A DNA stretch of 20,000 nt from an uncultured virus (IMG/VR IMGVR_UViG_3300031840_000567). Taxonomy: Duplodnaviria; Heunggongvirae; Uroviricota; Caudoviricetes. The notes under the pieces were generated by a model. It saw only the letters and a program-made list of their open reading frames with translations, ran no database searches and was not told the DNA's origin. Made by a program: the position numbers and the translations under genes. The stretch is from IMG/VR virus record IMGVR_UViG_3300031840_000567; one strand, written 5' to 3'. Shown here one piece after another: positions 7,261-16,968 of this stretch. Position 1 is the first letter of the stretch; every line of letters begins with the position of its first letter.

Positions 7261-8904
7261 TTAGTAAATTATTCTAATATCTCCGCCGTTGGGAATAACT
7301 TCATACTTATCACCATTAACAGCGCGACCACCTTTACCGCCAGCAGCACCACCAAACGCATCTTGACCCCAAGTGCCTCCAGATCCTCCTGGTTGTCCCG
7401 GTTGTCCTGGTTGTCCCGGAGTGCCTGCATTTCCAGGTGTTCCTGGTTGTCCAGGCTGTCCGCTTGCACCTCTACCGCCTGGTGTCCCTGGTTGTCCGGG
7501 TTGACCTGATCCGCCTGGTTGTCCCGGAGTACCAGCACCACAAGATGCAGGAGTACCAGCACCACCGCCGAAGCCACCACCACCACCCTGGCCAGGGGTT
7601 CCGGGTTGACCTGATCCGCCGCTGCCGCCTGGTGTCCCTGATCCACCACCACCACCGGGTGTGCCAGGAATGCCGGGTGTGCCAGGTTGTCCAGTGATAT
7701 TGCCTGTTTTGTAGTTCCAACCGCGACCGGGAGCACCTACACCAAGTTGACCGCCACCGCCACCAGTGCCATTATAACCAGATGGACCACCAGCACCGCC
7801 GCCGCCACCTGATCCGCCAGCACCGCCCCATCCACGACCGCCGCCGTAGCCGCCGCCACCGCCGGATCCACCTTGACCGCCAGAACAGTGCTTTCTATTT
7901 CTTTCAGTGTTTCTTCTTCTTTCAGTCCTTCTATTCTGATAACCTTGCCTATCCTGTTTTGGCCCTCTTCTACTTCTTGGCCATCCACCATATCTTTTCC
8001 TTCTAGTCCTTCTATTTCTTTCACCTCTTCTATTCTGATAAGCTTGTCTTGCTTGATATGTTGATCTTTGCTGACCACCAGATCCAGGAGATCCAGGTTG
8101 ACCAGAGGCACCGGGTGATCCATTGCTACCATTACTACCACTACCACCAGGGCTACCGGGTGATCCAGGAGATCCAGAAGATGCACCACTACCGGGTGAT
8201 CCAGGAGATCCATCAACTCCAGTTTTTCCACCACCGCCACCGGCATAAATGCGAGCGTCTGATCCTTCGCACTCTACAAATACCTTACGGAGTGAAGGAG
8301 CTCCAGGATTAGATACTTGAACAGCATCACCGCCAGGTTGACCACCTAATGCACCACCAGCAGAATAAATGCCATAAGATGGTGGAGAATTGTTTACATA
8401 GATGTTGAGATTTGATGACGGATCATCAGCAATAACAGCAGGAGTTGCAACACTTGTACTAATAATCCTACCCTTTAACCTCAAATATTTTGTGATATTT
8501 CTATTAAGGTTACCACCCCAAGTTGCATCAACACTAGGAGTAGAGGGACTATTCAGATCAGTAACATTAAAGTTCTCTTCCTCTGAATTTGCTGCCTGTT
8601 CGACCACATACTCATCAATAATACCTCTAAGATCTTGAGGTGTAATAGCTCCAGTCGTACCAACGCCTACATTTTCAACTGCATCTAAAACATATGGTAA
8701 GTGTGGCGTTCCTGTAGAAGTAGCATATTTTCCCTGGTTAAAATCATATGGTGCATCAAGATCTGTAACTCGATGCATCTCAGATGCAGAGATTGAAGCA
8801 GAAGTATCACCTACTGCTGCCCTAACTTCGCCATATGATATTTGTGTGCCAGGTGTACCTGTCAGGAGTTGTTGAGTTTTTGTGCTCCAATCTCCGTAAG
8901 CCAT
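7261..8904 (-). CDS. Gly/Pro-rich distal tail-fibre adhesin, gp38-like, with G-X-P repeats and an Arg-rich insert
   Basis: IYSAGG..GG.PGGDAV...IYAGGGGG and the C-terminal GAAGGKGGRAVNG...GDIRIIY resemble T-even gp38 polyglycine adhesins; last gene of the fibre cluster. Confidence 0.7.
   Translation of the reverse strand: MAYGDWSTKTQQLLTGTPGTQISYGEVRAAVGDTSASISASEMHRVTDLDAPYDFNQGKYATSTGTPHLPYVLDAVENVGVGTTGAITPQDLRGIIDEYVVEQAANSEEENFNVTDLNSPSTPSVDATWGGNLNRNITKYLRLKGRIISTSVATPAVIADDPSSNLNIYVNNSPPSYGIYSAGGALGGQPGGDAVQVSNPGAPSLRKVFVECEGSDARIYAGGGGGKTGVDGSPGSPGSGASSGSPGSPGSPGGSGSNGSNGSPGASGQPGSPGSGGQQRSTYQARQAYQNRRGERNRRTRRKRYGGWPRSRRGPKQDRQGYQNRRTERRRNTERNRKHCSGGQGGSGGGGGYGGGRGWGGAGGSGGGGGAGGPSGYNGTGGGGGQLGVGAPGRGWNYKTGNITGQPGTPGIPGTPGGGGGSGTPGGSGGSGQPGTPGQGGGGGFGGGAGTPASCGAGTPGQPGGSGQPGQPGTPGGRGASGQPGQPGTPGNAGTPGQPGQPGQPGGSGGTWGQDAFGGAAGGKGGRAVNGDKYEVIPNGGDIRIIY
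7320..8245. repeat. GC-rich low-complexity coding repeats (9-bp units encoding GQP/GTP/GSP, and poly-Gly)
   Basis: Repeated CCTGGTTGT/CCCGGTTGT, GATCCAGGA and CCGCCA/CCACCA units within the 547-aa ORF. Confidence 0.9.
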
Positions 8905-8914
8905 ATATCAATCC

Positions 8915-11635
8915 CTAGGAAAGTGTAAATGTAACCGAACCAATACCAGCAACTGTGATATACACTTTAGTCGGATCGGATGCGTCCTGCTCAATATTTA
9001 GGGCTGAAGTTCCAGAAGACACAAAGGATCTGAAGATACTCGCATCAGTTGCACTGGAACCCTGTTGAGTTGCATATTGGTGCTTATTATATGCCTTGTT
9101 ATAGATCATATGTGCAGTACCAAATCCGGTAGCACTTACACCGAACTCAGATCCAGGTTGAACAAGATTGTCAACATTATTATTAATCTGAGTTGCTCTA
9201 TCAGCATCGTTTTCGACGATACCGCCAAGGTATCCAAGTTCCTCAAGATACGAGACAGGATCATGAGTTTCATTAATAACAGTCTTAATACCAACAGGAT
9301 TATTCAACCTATCTTCATAGAATAATTGGTTGACATTTGAATTAATATCAAACCACAAACATCCTGGTTGTGTACCATCTGGGGTAGAATCATTTTGTCT
9401 GGAAAGAATAATACTACCGCTAGATTCTCCTAGGTCAAGAGTAGAGTTTGGAAGTGCAGTATCAAATCCAACTCTAACTGGTCCACCATCAGTGCCACCA
9501 GTGCCTGTGTAATTGCTAAAGAATTTTGTGGTTTTATAAATTTCAACTGCATTACTGTCATTGAGACCAAATTTAGTACCAATGCCAACACCAGACTCAA
9601 AGAGAGCTTCTCCACCAATAAAGTCACCGCTAGGGCTTCTTCTTAATCCAACATAAAGATCTACATTAGAATCTCTCTTACCGGAAGTTGATCCAATACC
9701 AATACCAGCTTCACCAAGCATGGCAATCTCAGCATTATCAAATAATGCAATTCCTTCCTGAACAGGAATACCTGAGAGAGTAGTATTGAATCCGATTCTA
9801 GTAATCAGCAGGTTTGTCCCTGCACCATCAGTAATATCTAAGTTTGCAACTGTGGTAACACCTGCATTTGCAACCATAAATTGGCATTCAACACCTTCGG
9901 TAACTTGAAGACTGCCACATGTGACAAGACCACTATTGGCATTTAATGTAACAGCTCCAAAGGTGCAAATACCACCGCCAGTAAAGTTAAAAGTATTGTT
10001 GATGTTAATAACATCTGTATTGACAGTATTAGTTGTGATAATACCACTTAGATTAGCAAATACTGTACCAGATGCAGAAACTACTGTGGTTAGATCACCA
10101 AAGACTAAAGTATCTGTAAGAATTCTACATGTGCCACCGATATTGACTTGCTTGAATGATGCAGAATCTCCACCAGTTTGATTAATATCACCGGTAAATG
10201 TTGTGTCATCCAGAATTGCACTAGATCCTGGTACACAAGAGACAATGCCAAGTACAACTAACTCAGTAGCAGTAACATCACTAATATTTACAGATCCACC
10301 AAATGTACCACCGATTGAAAGATCGCCACCAACAGTTAAGTTACCAGCAAATGTGCCATCACCATCAATATCAGCATCACCCCTAACACCAAGACCTTTA
10401 CCAAGTGCAGAACTTGTTGTGCCCACACCCACGAAGTTGGATACAAGTATCTCACCACCAAATGTAGAAATACCAGTGTTTCTAATAAAGATGCTGTTAA
10501 TTCCAAGAGAATCAATCTGATCAACACTAATATCAGGTACACCAGTTAATCCTTGCGCCAAACCTGCGACACCAGTAATATCACCGATAACATCGCCAAT
10601 GAATCCACCAGCAGCACCAAGCGAACCGCTAAATGTACCTGTGCCGACCACATCGAGATCAAAATTGGGATCAACTCTAGATTTACCAATACCAATCTTA
10701 CCCTCACTAGTAACAACTACTCTAGGCTTATTCTTAATAGCATCTGGATCTAAATCATCTTGCCCCCAGAACTCGACTTGTCCAATAGGAGTATTACCTA
10801 CACCAGTTACGGCACCGTTGAAAAGAATTGCTTGTCTTGGAATAGCACCACTTGTTTCAATAAACCTGATGCCATGACGACTATCTGAGTTGGCTACGGT
10901 TCCAATGAAAGTAATACTATTCTCATCATTAGTAAATGTTAATCCACGATCAGTACCAATCATGGCACCTGATGACATATTTAATCCACTAAATGAACCA
11001 ATACCAGTCAGTTCAATGTTACCACTACCAGTGATAGTTTGAACACCAACAATATCACCAACCATGTTGATGTTACCTTGCTGGGCATTACCAGTAAGTG
11101 TAATGTTCTTTGCACTCAGCCCCTCAAATGTACCAACACCACTAATAGCATCAAGTTTAATAATATCACCAACAGCAAAATCTGCCTGTGGGAATGTTAC
11201 AGATACACCAACAGGTCTAAACGCATAGATTGTTGATCCTACTCCAGGATTATCATTATCCCATACAGATGTAGGAAGATTAATCAATCCAGATCCATCA
11301 CCTTCAAATTTAACAGCTGTTACAGTACCTGCGACTGATATTGTGACACCTGTTGTTCCTACACCAACCTGAAATTCTGCTTCAGGTACTGTTGTACCAA
11401 TTCCAACTGAATATCCTACAGCAACATTAATATTGCCATAATGTGTTTGATATCCAATTACATTGACATCTCTAAAATTAGCTTGATTTTCGACAATCAA
11501 GTTTCCACGAATGTCCAGCTGCTCTCTTGGAATGGTTGTGCCGATACCGACTAGACCATTATTGGAGATTAGATCATCTGCATCAACCTGAATGCCATCT
11601 CTGAAGTTGATAATTGTCTTGTAATTATTAGGCAT
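8915..11635 (-). CDS. Tail fibre / virion structural protein (906 aa)
   Basis: Many VGIGT/VGVGT repeats and Gly/Thr/Val/Ile-rich beta composition; sits between two other fibre genes and has a late promoter. Confidence 0.8.
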   Translation of the reverse strand: MPNNYKTIINFRDGIQVDADDLISNNGLVGIGTTIPREQLDIRGNLIVENQANFRDVNVIGYQTHYGNINVAVGYSVGIGTTVPEAEFQVGVGTTGVTISVAGTVTAVKFEGDGSGLINLPTSVWDNDNPGVGSTIYAFRPVGVSVTFPQADFAVGDIIKLDAISGVGTFEGLSAKNITLTGNAQQGNINMVGDIVGVQTITGSGNIELTGIGSFSGLNMSSGAMIGTDRGLTFTNDENSITFIGTVANSDSRHGIRFIETSGAIPRQAILFNGAVTGVGNTPIGQVEFWGQDDLDPDAIKNKPRVVVTSEGKIGIGKSRVDPNFDLDVVGTGTFSGSLGAAGGFIGDVIGDITGVAGLAQGLTGVPDISVDQIDSLGINSIFIRNTGISTFGGEILVSNFVGVGTTSSALGKGLGVRGDADIDGDGTFAGNLTVGGDLSIGGTFGGSVNISDVTATELVVLGIVSCVPGSSAILDDTTFTGDINQTGGDSASFKQVNIGGTCRILTDTLVFGDLTTVVSASGTVFANLSGIITTNTVNTDVININNTFNFTGGGICTFGAVTLNANSGLVTCGSLQVTEGVECQFMVANAGVTTVANLDITDGAGTNLLITRIGFNTTLSGIPVQEGIALFDNAEIAMLGEAGIGIGSTSGKRDSNVDLYVGLRRSPSGDFIGGEALFESGVGIGTKFGLNDSNAVEIYKTTKFFSNYTGTGGTDGGPVRVGFDTALPNSTLDLGESSGSIILSRQNDSTPDGTQPGCLWFDINSNVNQLFYEDRLNNPVGIKTVINETHDPVSYLEELGYLGGIVENDADRATQINNNVDNLVQPGSEFGVSATGFGTAHMIYNKAYNKHQYATQQGSSATDASIFRSFVSSGTSALNIEQDASDPTKVYITVAGIGSVTFTLS

Positions 11636-11662
11636 TATCTTTTAGTGGCAAGACCTTTTTAC

Positions 11663-14600
11663 TTATTTATCCTTTAGGTCATCGACTTGTGAACTTAGGT
11701 CTTTGACTGCTTCAATAAGAAGAGGAATTAGTTTGTTATAGTGGACACCTTTAGTGCCATCAGGTTTGGTAGATACTGCCTCAGGAAGAACTTTTTCAAC
11801 ATCTTGAGCGATAACGCCAACATCGTGACCCGTATAGCTCTTGTTACCTGCCTTCCAATCGTATTCAGTGCCACGAATCTGCAGAACCTTAGCGAGTGGA
11901 TCTTCAAGTGTGGAAACATTTTCCTTCATAGAAAGGTCGGAAGTCTGACCATAGAATGCAACAATATCATCACATACATGGAGAGGACCACCACAATATG
12001 TAAATCCAGCACCACTCATGTATACATCACCAGAGAATGTAGTAAAACCATTGAGGTTAACCTGTTTCTCAAATGTTACTGATGCAGTGTACTTAGTGTC
12101 AGTTGCAATAGCAACAGCAAATCCAGTTGCAGCATTAAGAACGAGATCACCAGATCCAGGAACTGTTGTAATTTCAGTCTTCTGAGTACCAACACCGACT
12201 AAGACATTGTTTAACTTAGCACCATTGGGGAACTCACCAGTAATTTCAATAGAACCACCAAGCTCTACAGTTCCACTTGTAATTAAATCATCGGTGAAGT
12301 TAACATCATTAGAGAATGTTACTGGACCATCAAACTGAGATAGGATATTCTGTTGAGGACCACCTTCAACAATGATTCTCTGTCTAACAATAACTTCATC
12401 AAATACAACAGAGTTAGTAGATGCAGACTCACCAGTTACAGTAGGAATAGGAATACCAAAGGATGATTCTTCACCACTAGAAGAGGAGATTCTCTTGTTA
12501 CCAATGTAGAAGTCACCTTCGTTATTCAGACCAGTATATACAATTGAACCAGCTGATCTTTCCTGTGCCTGAGATAGATACTCCTCATCATCAGTCAGTG
12601 TTCTGTTCTGTACTTGAGGAAGACCGGTTGAATAGTTACCGGGACCATATCCAAGATACTCAAATGTATGTCCAGATGCACGAAGAATAGAAGGACGACG
12701 CAACTCGATAGGCAATGGTGCAATCTTTCTAATCAAGGAACCAGAAAAATGTTCAGTGGGTAGAGTACCAAGTGAACCACGAATAACACGGAGACCATCA
12801 TTACCACCACCGATTAGACCTGCCTCAGATACTCTCATGATCTCAGCATCAATCTCAATATAGTCACCAAGTCTGAATCTTAGATCAGTACCAATACCAG
12901 CATTGGGGAGTTGCAGTCTTACCGTTGTTGTTGTATTGTCCAGTGCATCTTTAGTTACTGCATGTTCTCCATCATACAAATTAGTATATCTTGATCCAAT
13001 AGCTTCTGATAAAGGTACAGATTGGTTGTTTCCATCAAATGCAAATTTATATACTCTATGTCCAGCAACAAAGTTAATATCATTAACTGTTGTAGATGTA
13101 AATGTAGTGACACCTGCAACGGTATTAACAATAAACTCACCAACTTTATTACTACTGGTATCAACAACTTTGAACTTAGCTCCTCTTTTCAAACCATGTG
13201 GAACTGATGTAGTGATTGTGGTCAATCCAGTGGCAATATCAAATTGAGTAGATGCAATAGAGACGGATGGAGTAACTCTATAAGCATATTGACCTGCAAC
13301 AACAATAGGATCTCCAGATGTTACTGCGATAGCAATACTATTCTTATCAGGTACGCTGGTAATTCTGAATAGTCCGTCGCTAGTTGTGCCGATGCCAGTG
13401 ATATTTACAACATCACCGATACATGAAGAAATACCTGATGTTGGGACACCAATAGTAGAACCTGGGAAGGTATCAATAGTTAATGTTTCTCCACCAGAAT
13501 ATGCTGATCCAGGTGCAAATACCTCTAGATCAGTAATAGTGGTAGATCCAACACCAACTGTAACTGTAGCTGTAGCACCGTTCCAATCACTACCATCGAG
13601 TAACTTTACATTATATCTGGTAGTTGCAGCATATCCTGAGGAAGTGACCAAATTTTCATGAATCTTGAGTCCACTTAAGTCATGCTGATTTTCAAAAGTA
13701 ATTGTACAAATACCAGCAGAGGGACTGGTGACACTAGATACTGCGTAACCAACATTAAATGTTTTTAAAAACTTGTCAACTGTCTCTCTTGTTAATGAAT
13801 TTGTCAAATCATTAACATCAACTTTACCTAAAGGTGAGCGCCTTGCAAATGATTGTGCAGCAGGTGCGTTGATTAGAATATTGTCTCTATCTTGTTGGGG
13901 ATAGTAGTAAGTAACATTCTGTTCGTACTTCTTGGGAGTAAATTCCTGCGGTGGTGAATAATCAGCAGAAAGAAGTTCTAAGATATAAACACCGTCTTCT
14001 TGTCCAGTAAGATATGGCTCAACAACGGTACTACGATACAATGAGAAGTTTTTATTATTGTTATTGATTGAGAATCTAGGTAAGAATAGATTCCTAGTGT
14101 TACTGGTATCCACATGAGTACCAGTATTTCTCTCTACACCAGAGGTATCAGTTTTGGAATGATTGAACTGGTATCCATTAATCAAACCAGTTACAGCGAA
14201 ATACCCATTATATCCCTTATCGGCAAGTCCACCAGTGTTATTTGAATCTTGAACATTCTCTACAAAAACAATATCCCCAACTTCGACTTGATGAGGAAGC
14301 TCAGTCGTAACAGTAACAACACCACCAGTCTCACTAACACTAGAAATAAACTGATGATTTCTTCTGAAGTTATTATCCTCCAGAGTGATTGTAGTGGATG
14401 TAGGATCACTAGTCTTAGCAAATCCAGTGAGACTAGAGCTTTGAATGATGAAACCATTTACAGGGTCTCTAGAGTTCCCTGCCTCCTTAGGAATAACATA
14501 TCTTACTTTATATAATTTGTCTTCAATACTTCTCTTATCTTCAAATCTCTTGATAAAACCAATATTGGTTCCACTTCCATCTTCTAGGTTGATATTAGTT

Positions 14601-16897
14601 TGAATCTGAGGATAGATTGTATTACCATCCTCAACATGCAAGAACCACTGTTCTTGATTAATGTCCCATTGAATTGGGTGTCCAATTTCACCAGTCTGCT
14701 TATCAGATACTGTACTCTTAACTCTTAGATCTTGTCCACCATAGATTTCCAGAGCTACATTATTGATAGCGTTAGAGAATGTTGTAGCAATTTTAATCTC
14801 TGTAGGGGAATTTACAATGGCATAATAGATTTTATTGAACTGAAGACCTTCCGAAAGATCTCCACTATCACTAAAGATTCTGATCTTCTCACCAGTTACC
14901 AATCCAATGGCATCCGTTGTCAATGCAAAATTAGAATTTGGTACACTAAGTTTACTTTCCTTGCTACCTGTTTGATCTCCCAGAATAGCTGTCGCTACAC
15001 CGGTCAGAACATTTTCTGACATACGAACATCAGCATCATATTCTGTACCGCCAATGGAGACATACAATTTCTCGTTTTTATTAGCACCAATTCTGAAACC
15101 TTGGGAGAGTGCTAGAGGTGGTTCATCCTGACGATCAAAACCGAAAATGTATAAGTGACTAGACAGACCAACATTCTTAGTCTTACTTACATCTAACTGA
15201 TAGAAACTTACAGTATCAATTTTAGATGCTGATGTATCTACATGCTGAGGTGTGGTGATATGAGTGATATATCCTTGGTCATCTCTGGGGAATGCTTCAG
15301 GTCTAAATCCATCAGCAAGTAGAGCAAACTGACCGAAGTTAGAGTTAGAGTTCGTGATAGATGCGTCAGCACCACTTTCACCAACAAAATGAGCATTATA
15401 ACCAATAGCAAAAACAGAAACGACTTGAACAACGGCGTTTTCTGAGATCTTAATATGAGATTGTTCCCATCCTTGCCTATAAACTGCACCAGAGTCTAAA
15501 TGATAGACAGTAGTAGCATCTGTAGATGAAGATTCTGCTGCCAGTTGAGATCCAGAGACTTTCTGATATGTAATACCTTCATAAAGTCTTGACTGAGTAT
15601 TATACTTAACAAATGCACGGTCATCCTTCTGCAATGAAATGCCCGTGAATTGAGCCACAACCATTGAACGGAAACCAGTAGCTTTACTGCCATCCGTGTG
15701 CATACCGTTCATGCCATAAACAGAACGCAATGAGATGTTGAAGATATAAGGAGATGCACCAGTTACAGTATCAGATTCAATGGTAACAACAGCACTTGTA
15801 ATGTTAGATGGTGTCGCTGGTAGGTTATTGGGGAAGACGGAAAGAGAATATGTAAATGTTGTTGAGTTTACAACAGACTGAACAAGAGTAGAAATATTAT
15901 ACTGAGATACATTAACTCCACTGATTTTAATTGGAGTACCAGAACTGAGTCCATGTGCTTGTTCTGTGGTAACAGTAATCTGAGCTGTAGGATTTAATCC
16001 GTCACCAGAGATGATACTAGCAATTTCAAGAGGGTCAGTACCGAGAGCACCAACAATCTCATTTTCTTGGCGAACTGCTTCAAAGTCGCCCTGATTTTCA
16101 GGCCATTCGTATGAAATAGCACGACCAGATGCTTCTTGGAAAGCATATGTCAGCTTGTAATAATACATGCTGAGGTCAGTGATATCATAACCTTTGACAT
16201 CATTCTTACCATCAGCATACTCAAAGCATGTCAGTTTGTGGTGAGAAAATGTTGGGAAAGATCTATTATCATCAGTAAATTGTTGATGATCGGTAAATAC
16301 TAACCGGTCACCTACTCCATCAAACAGAGAGAACTGCCACATATAGCAGTTACCGGTAATTCTAAAGATGGCACTATTGGGAACATCATCATCTGTTGGG
16401 TTGGGGACATATAATGGTCTAATCTTAGTTTTACGAAGGTCAAGACCAACCAGAGATGTGCCCCTAGGGATAACAACACCACCATTGACCGAGTTGAATC
16501 TATAAAGCTGATTATTTTCTACAGTTAAGTCAAATTCACTTGTTAAAGATAATGCAAATTCAGTTGTTCCTAAAGTTTCTGCACCAATAGGAGACACGCC
16601 TACGGCTCTAGTTGGATCACTGGGATCTTTTTTAATGGCAAATCCAGGACGATTATCAATAAAGTGATCGCCAGGGAACAACAGAATCGTTGTTTTATCG
16701 GTAATATCGTTATCGAATCCAGTCTGATACGAGAATCTTGCTGATTCTAATAGTGCTCGCTGAATTGTCTTAAAGGGTTTCGTTAATGAGTTACCCTGGT
16801 TCGTGATGCTATCTGTAGCATCAAGATCGTTAGGGTTCACATAAAGAATCTTACCCTCAGTATTCTTGATGAAATTCTCTAACTTATTAAGTGGCAT
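11663..16897 (-). CDS. Large tail fibre/spike protein with C-terminal intramolecular chaperone (peptidase S74)
   Basis: N-terminal LYV...PFKTIQRAL beta-helix cap; repeated T.TT...HGL..G modules; C-terminal SDLSMKEN...GVIAQDVEKVLPEAV...V.Y..LIPLLIEAVK followed by a coiled coil. Confidence 0.88.
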   Translation of the reverse strand: MPLNKLENFIKNTEGKILYVNPNDLDATDSITNQGNSLTKPFKTIQRALLESARFSYQTGFDNDITDKTTILLFPGDHFIDNRPGFAIKKDPSDPTRAVGVSPIGAETLGTTEFALSLTSEFDLTVENNQLYRFNSVNGGVVIPRGTSLVGLDLRKTKIRPLYVPNPTDDDVPNSAIFRITGNCYMWQFSLFDGVGDRLVFTDHQQFTDDNRSFPTFSHHKLTCFEYADGKNDVKGYDITDLSMYYYKLTYAFQEASGRAISYEWPENQGDFEAVRQENEIVGALGTDPLEIASIISGDGLNPTAQITVTTEQAHGLSSGTPIKISGVNVSQYNISTLVQSVVNSTTFTYSLSVFPNNLPATPSNITSAVVTIESDTVTGASPYIFNISLRSVYGMNGMHTDGSKATGFRSMVVAQFTGISLQKDDRAFVKYNTQSRLYEGITYQKVSGSQLAAESSSTDATTVYHLDSGAVYRQGWEQSHIKISENAVVQVVSVFAIGYNAHFVGESGADASITNSNSNFGQFALLADGFRPEAFPRDDQGYITHITTPQHVDTSASKIDTVSFYQLDVSKTKNVGLSSHLYIFGFDRQDEPPLALSQGFRIGANKNEKLYVSIGGTEYDADVRMSENVLTGVATAILGDQTGSKESKLSVPNSNFALTTDAIGLVTGEKIRIFSDSGDLSEGLQFNKIYYAIVNSPTEIKIATTFSNAINNVALEIYGGQDLRVKSTVSDKQTGEIGHPIQWDINQEQWFLHVEDGNTIYPQIQTNINLEDGSGTNIGFIKRFEDKRSIEDKLYKVRYVIPKEAGNSRDPVNGFIIQSSSLTGFAKTSDPTSTTITLEDNNFRRNHQFISSVSETGGVVTVTTELPHQVEVGDIVFVENVQDSNNTGGLADKGYNGYFAVTGLINGYQFNHSKTDTSGVERNTGTHVDTSNTRNLFLPRFSINNNNKNFSLYRSTVVEPYLTGQEDGVYILELLSADYSPPQEFTPKKYEQNVTYYYPQQDRDNILINAPAAQSFARRSPLGKVDVNDLTNSLTRETVDKFLKTFNVGYAVSSVTSPSAGICTITFENQHDLSGLKIHENLVTSSGYAATTRYNVKLLDGSDWNGATATVTVGVGSTTITDLEVFAPGSAYSGGETLTIDTFPGSTIGVPTSGISSCIGDVVNITGIGTTSDGLFRITSVPDKNSIAIAVTSGDPIVVAGQYAYRVTPSVSIASTQFDIATGLTTITTSVPHGLKRGAKFKVVDTSSNKVGEFIVNTVAGVTTFTSTTVNDINFVAGHRVYKFAFDGNNQSVPLSEAIGSRYTNLYDGEHAVTKDALDNTTTTVRLQLPNAGIGTDLRFRLGDYIEIDAEIMRVSEAGLIGGGNDGLRVIRGSLGTLPTEHFSGSLIRKIAPLPIELRRPSILRASGHTFEYLGYGPGNYSTGLPQVQNRTLTDDEEYLSQAQERSAGSIVYTGLNNEGDFYIGNKRISSSSGEESSFGIPIPTVTGESASTNSVVFDEVIVRQRIIVEGGPQQNILSQFDGPVTFSNDVNFTDDLITSGTVELGGSIEITGEFPNGAKLNNVLVGVGTQKTEITTVPGSGDLVLNAATGFAVAIATDTKYTASVTFEKQVNLNGFTTFSGDVYMSGAGFTYCGGPLHVCDDIVAFYGQTSDLSMKENVSTLEDPLAKVLQIRGTEYDWKAGNKSYTGHDVGVIAQDVEKVLPEAVSTKPDGTKGVHYNKLIPLLIEAVKDLSSQVDDLKDK
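11664..11670 (-). promoter_or_regulatory. Late promoter ATAAATA upstream of the 906-aa fibre
   Basis: GATAAATAA on the minus strand overlapping the stop of the 1744-aa gene, 28 nt before ATG 11635. Confidence 0.6.
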
Positions 16898-16929
16898 CTC
16901 TCTTCAGACTGAGAACTGTTTGCTCTGAC

Positions 16930-16944
16930 TATTTAGACTAAATA
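16930..16944. promoter_or_regulatory. Back-to-back divergent late promoters (TATTTAG-A-CTAAATA)
   Basis: CTAAATA on the minus strand (16930-16936) faces the fibre gene; CTAAATA on the plus strand (16938-16944) faces the 16969-17748 gene. Confidence 0.75.
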
Positions 16945-16968
16945 TGATTGGTCTTGTTATGTTCTATT

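Noticed and set aside
7320..8245. Possible CRISPR or mini-array, or a PE_PGRS gene
   Set aside because: The repeats are short, in frame, codon-degenerate and lack unique spacers; the PE_PGRS resemblance is only Gly-rich composition.
7269..8312. Several alternative-frame and antisense ORFs (63-169 aa) over the adhesin gene
   Set aside because: They are by-products of stop-poor GC-rich Gly/Pro repeats, with shifted-frame translations such as VVVV/LDHP.
9065..15693. Many short plus-strand and alternative-frame ORFs within the two large fibre genes
   Set aside because: They are shadows of long, well-supported ORFs and have no motifs or promoters.
7261..16897. Diversity-generating retroelement or invertible segment acting on the fibres
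   Set aside because: I saw no reverse transcriptase or invertase and no near-identical ~100-bp template/variable repeat pair in the window.
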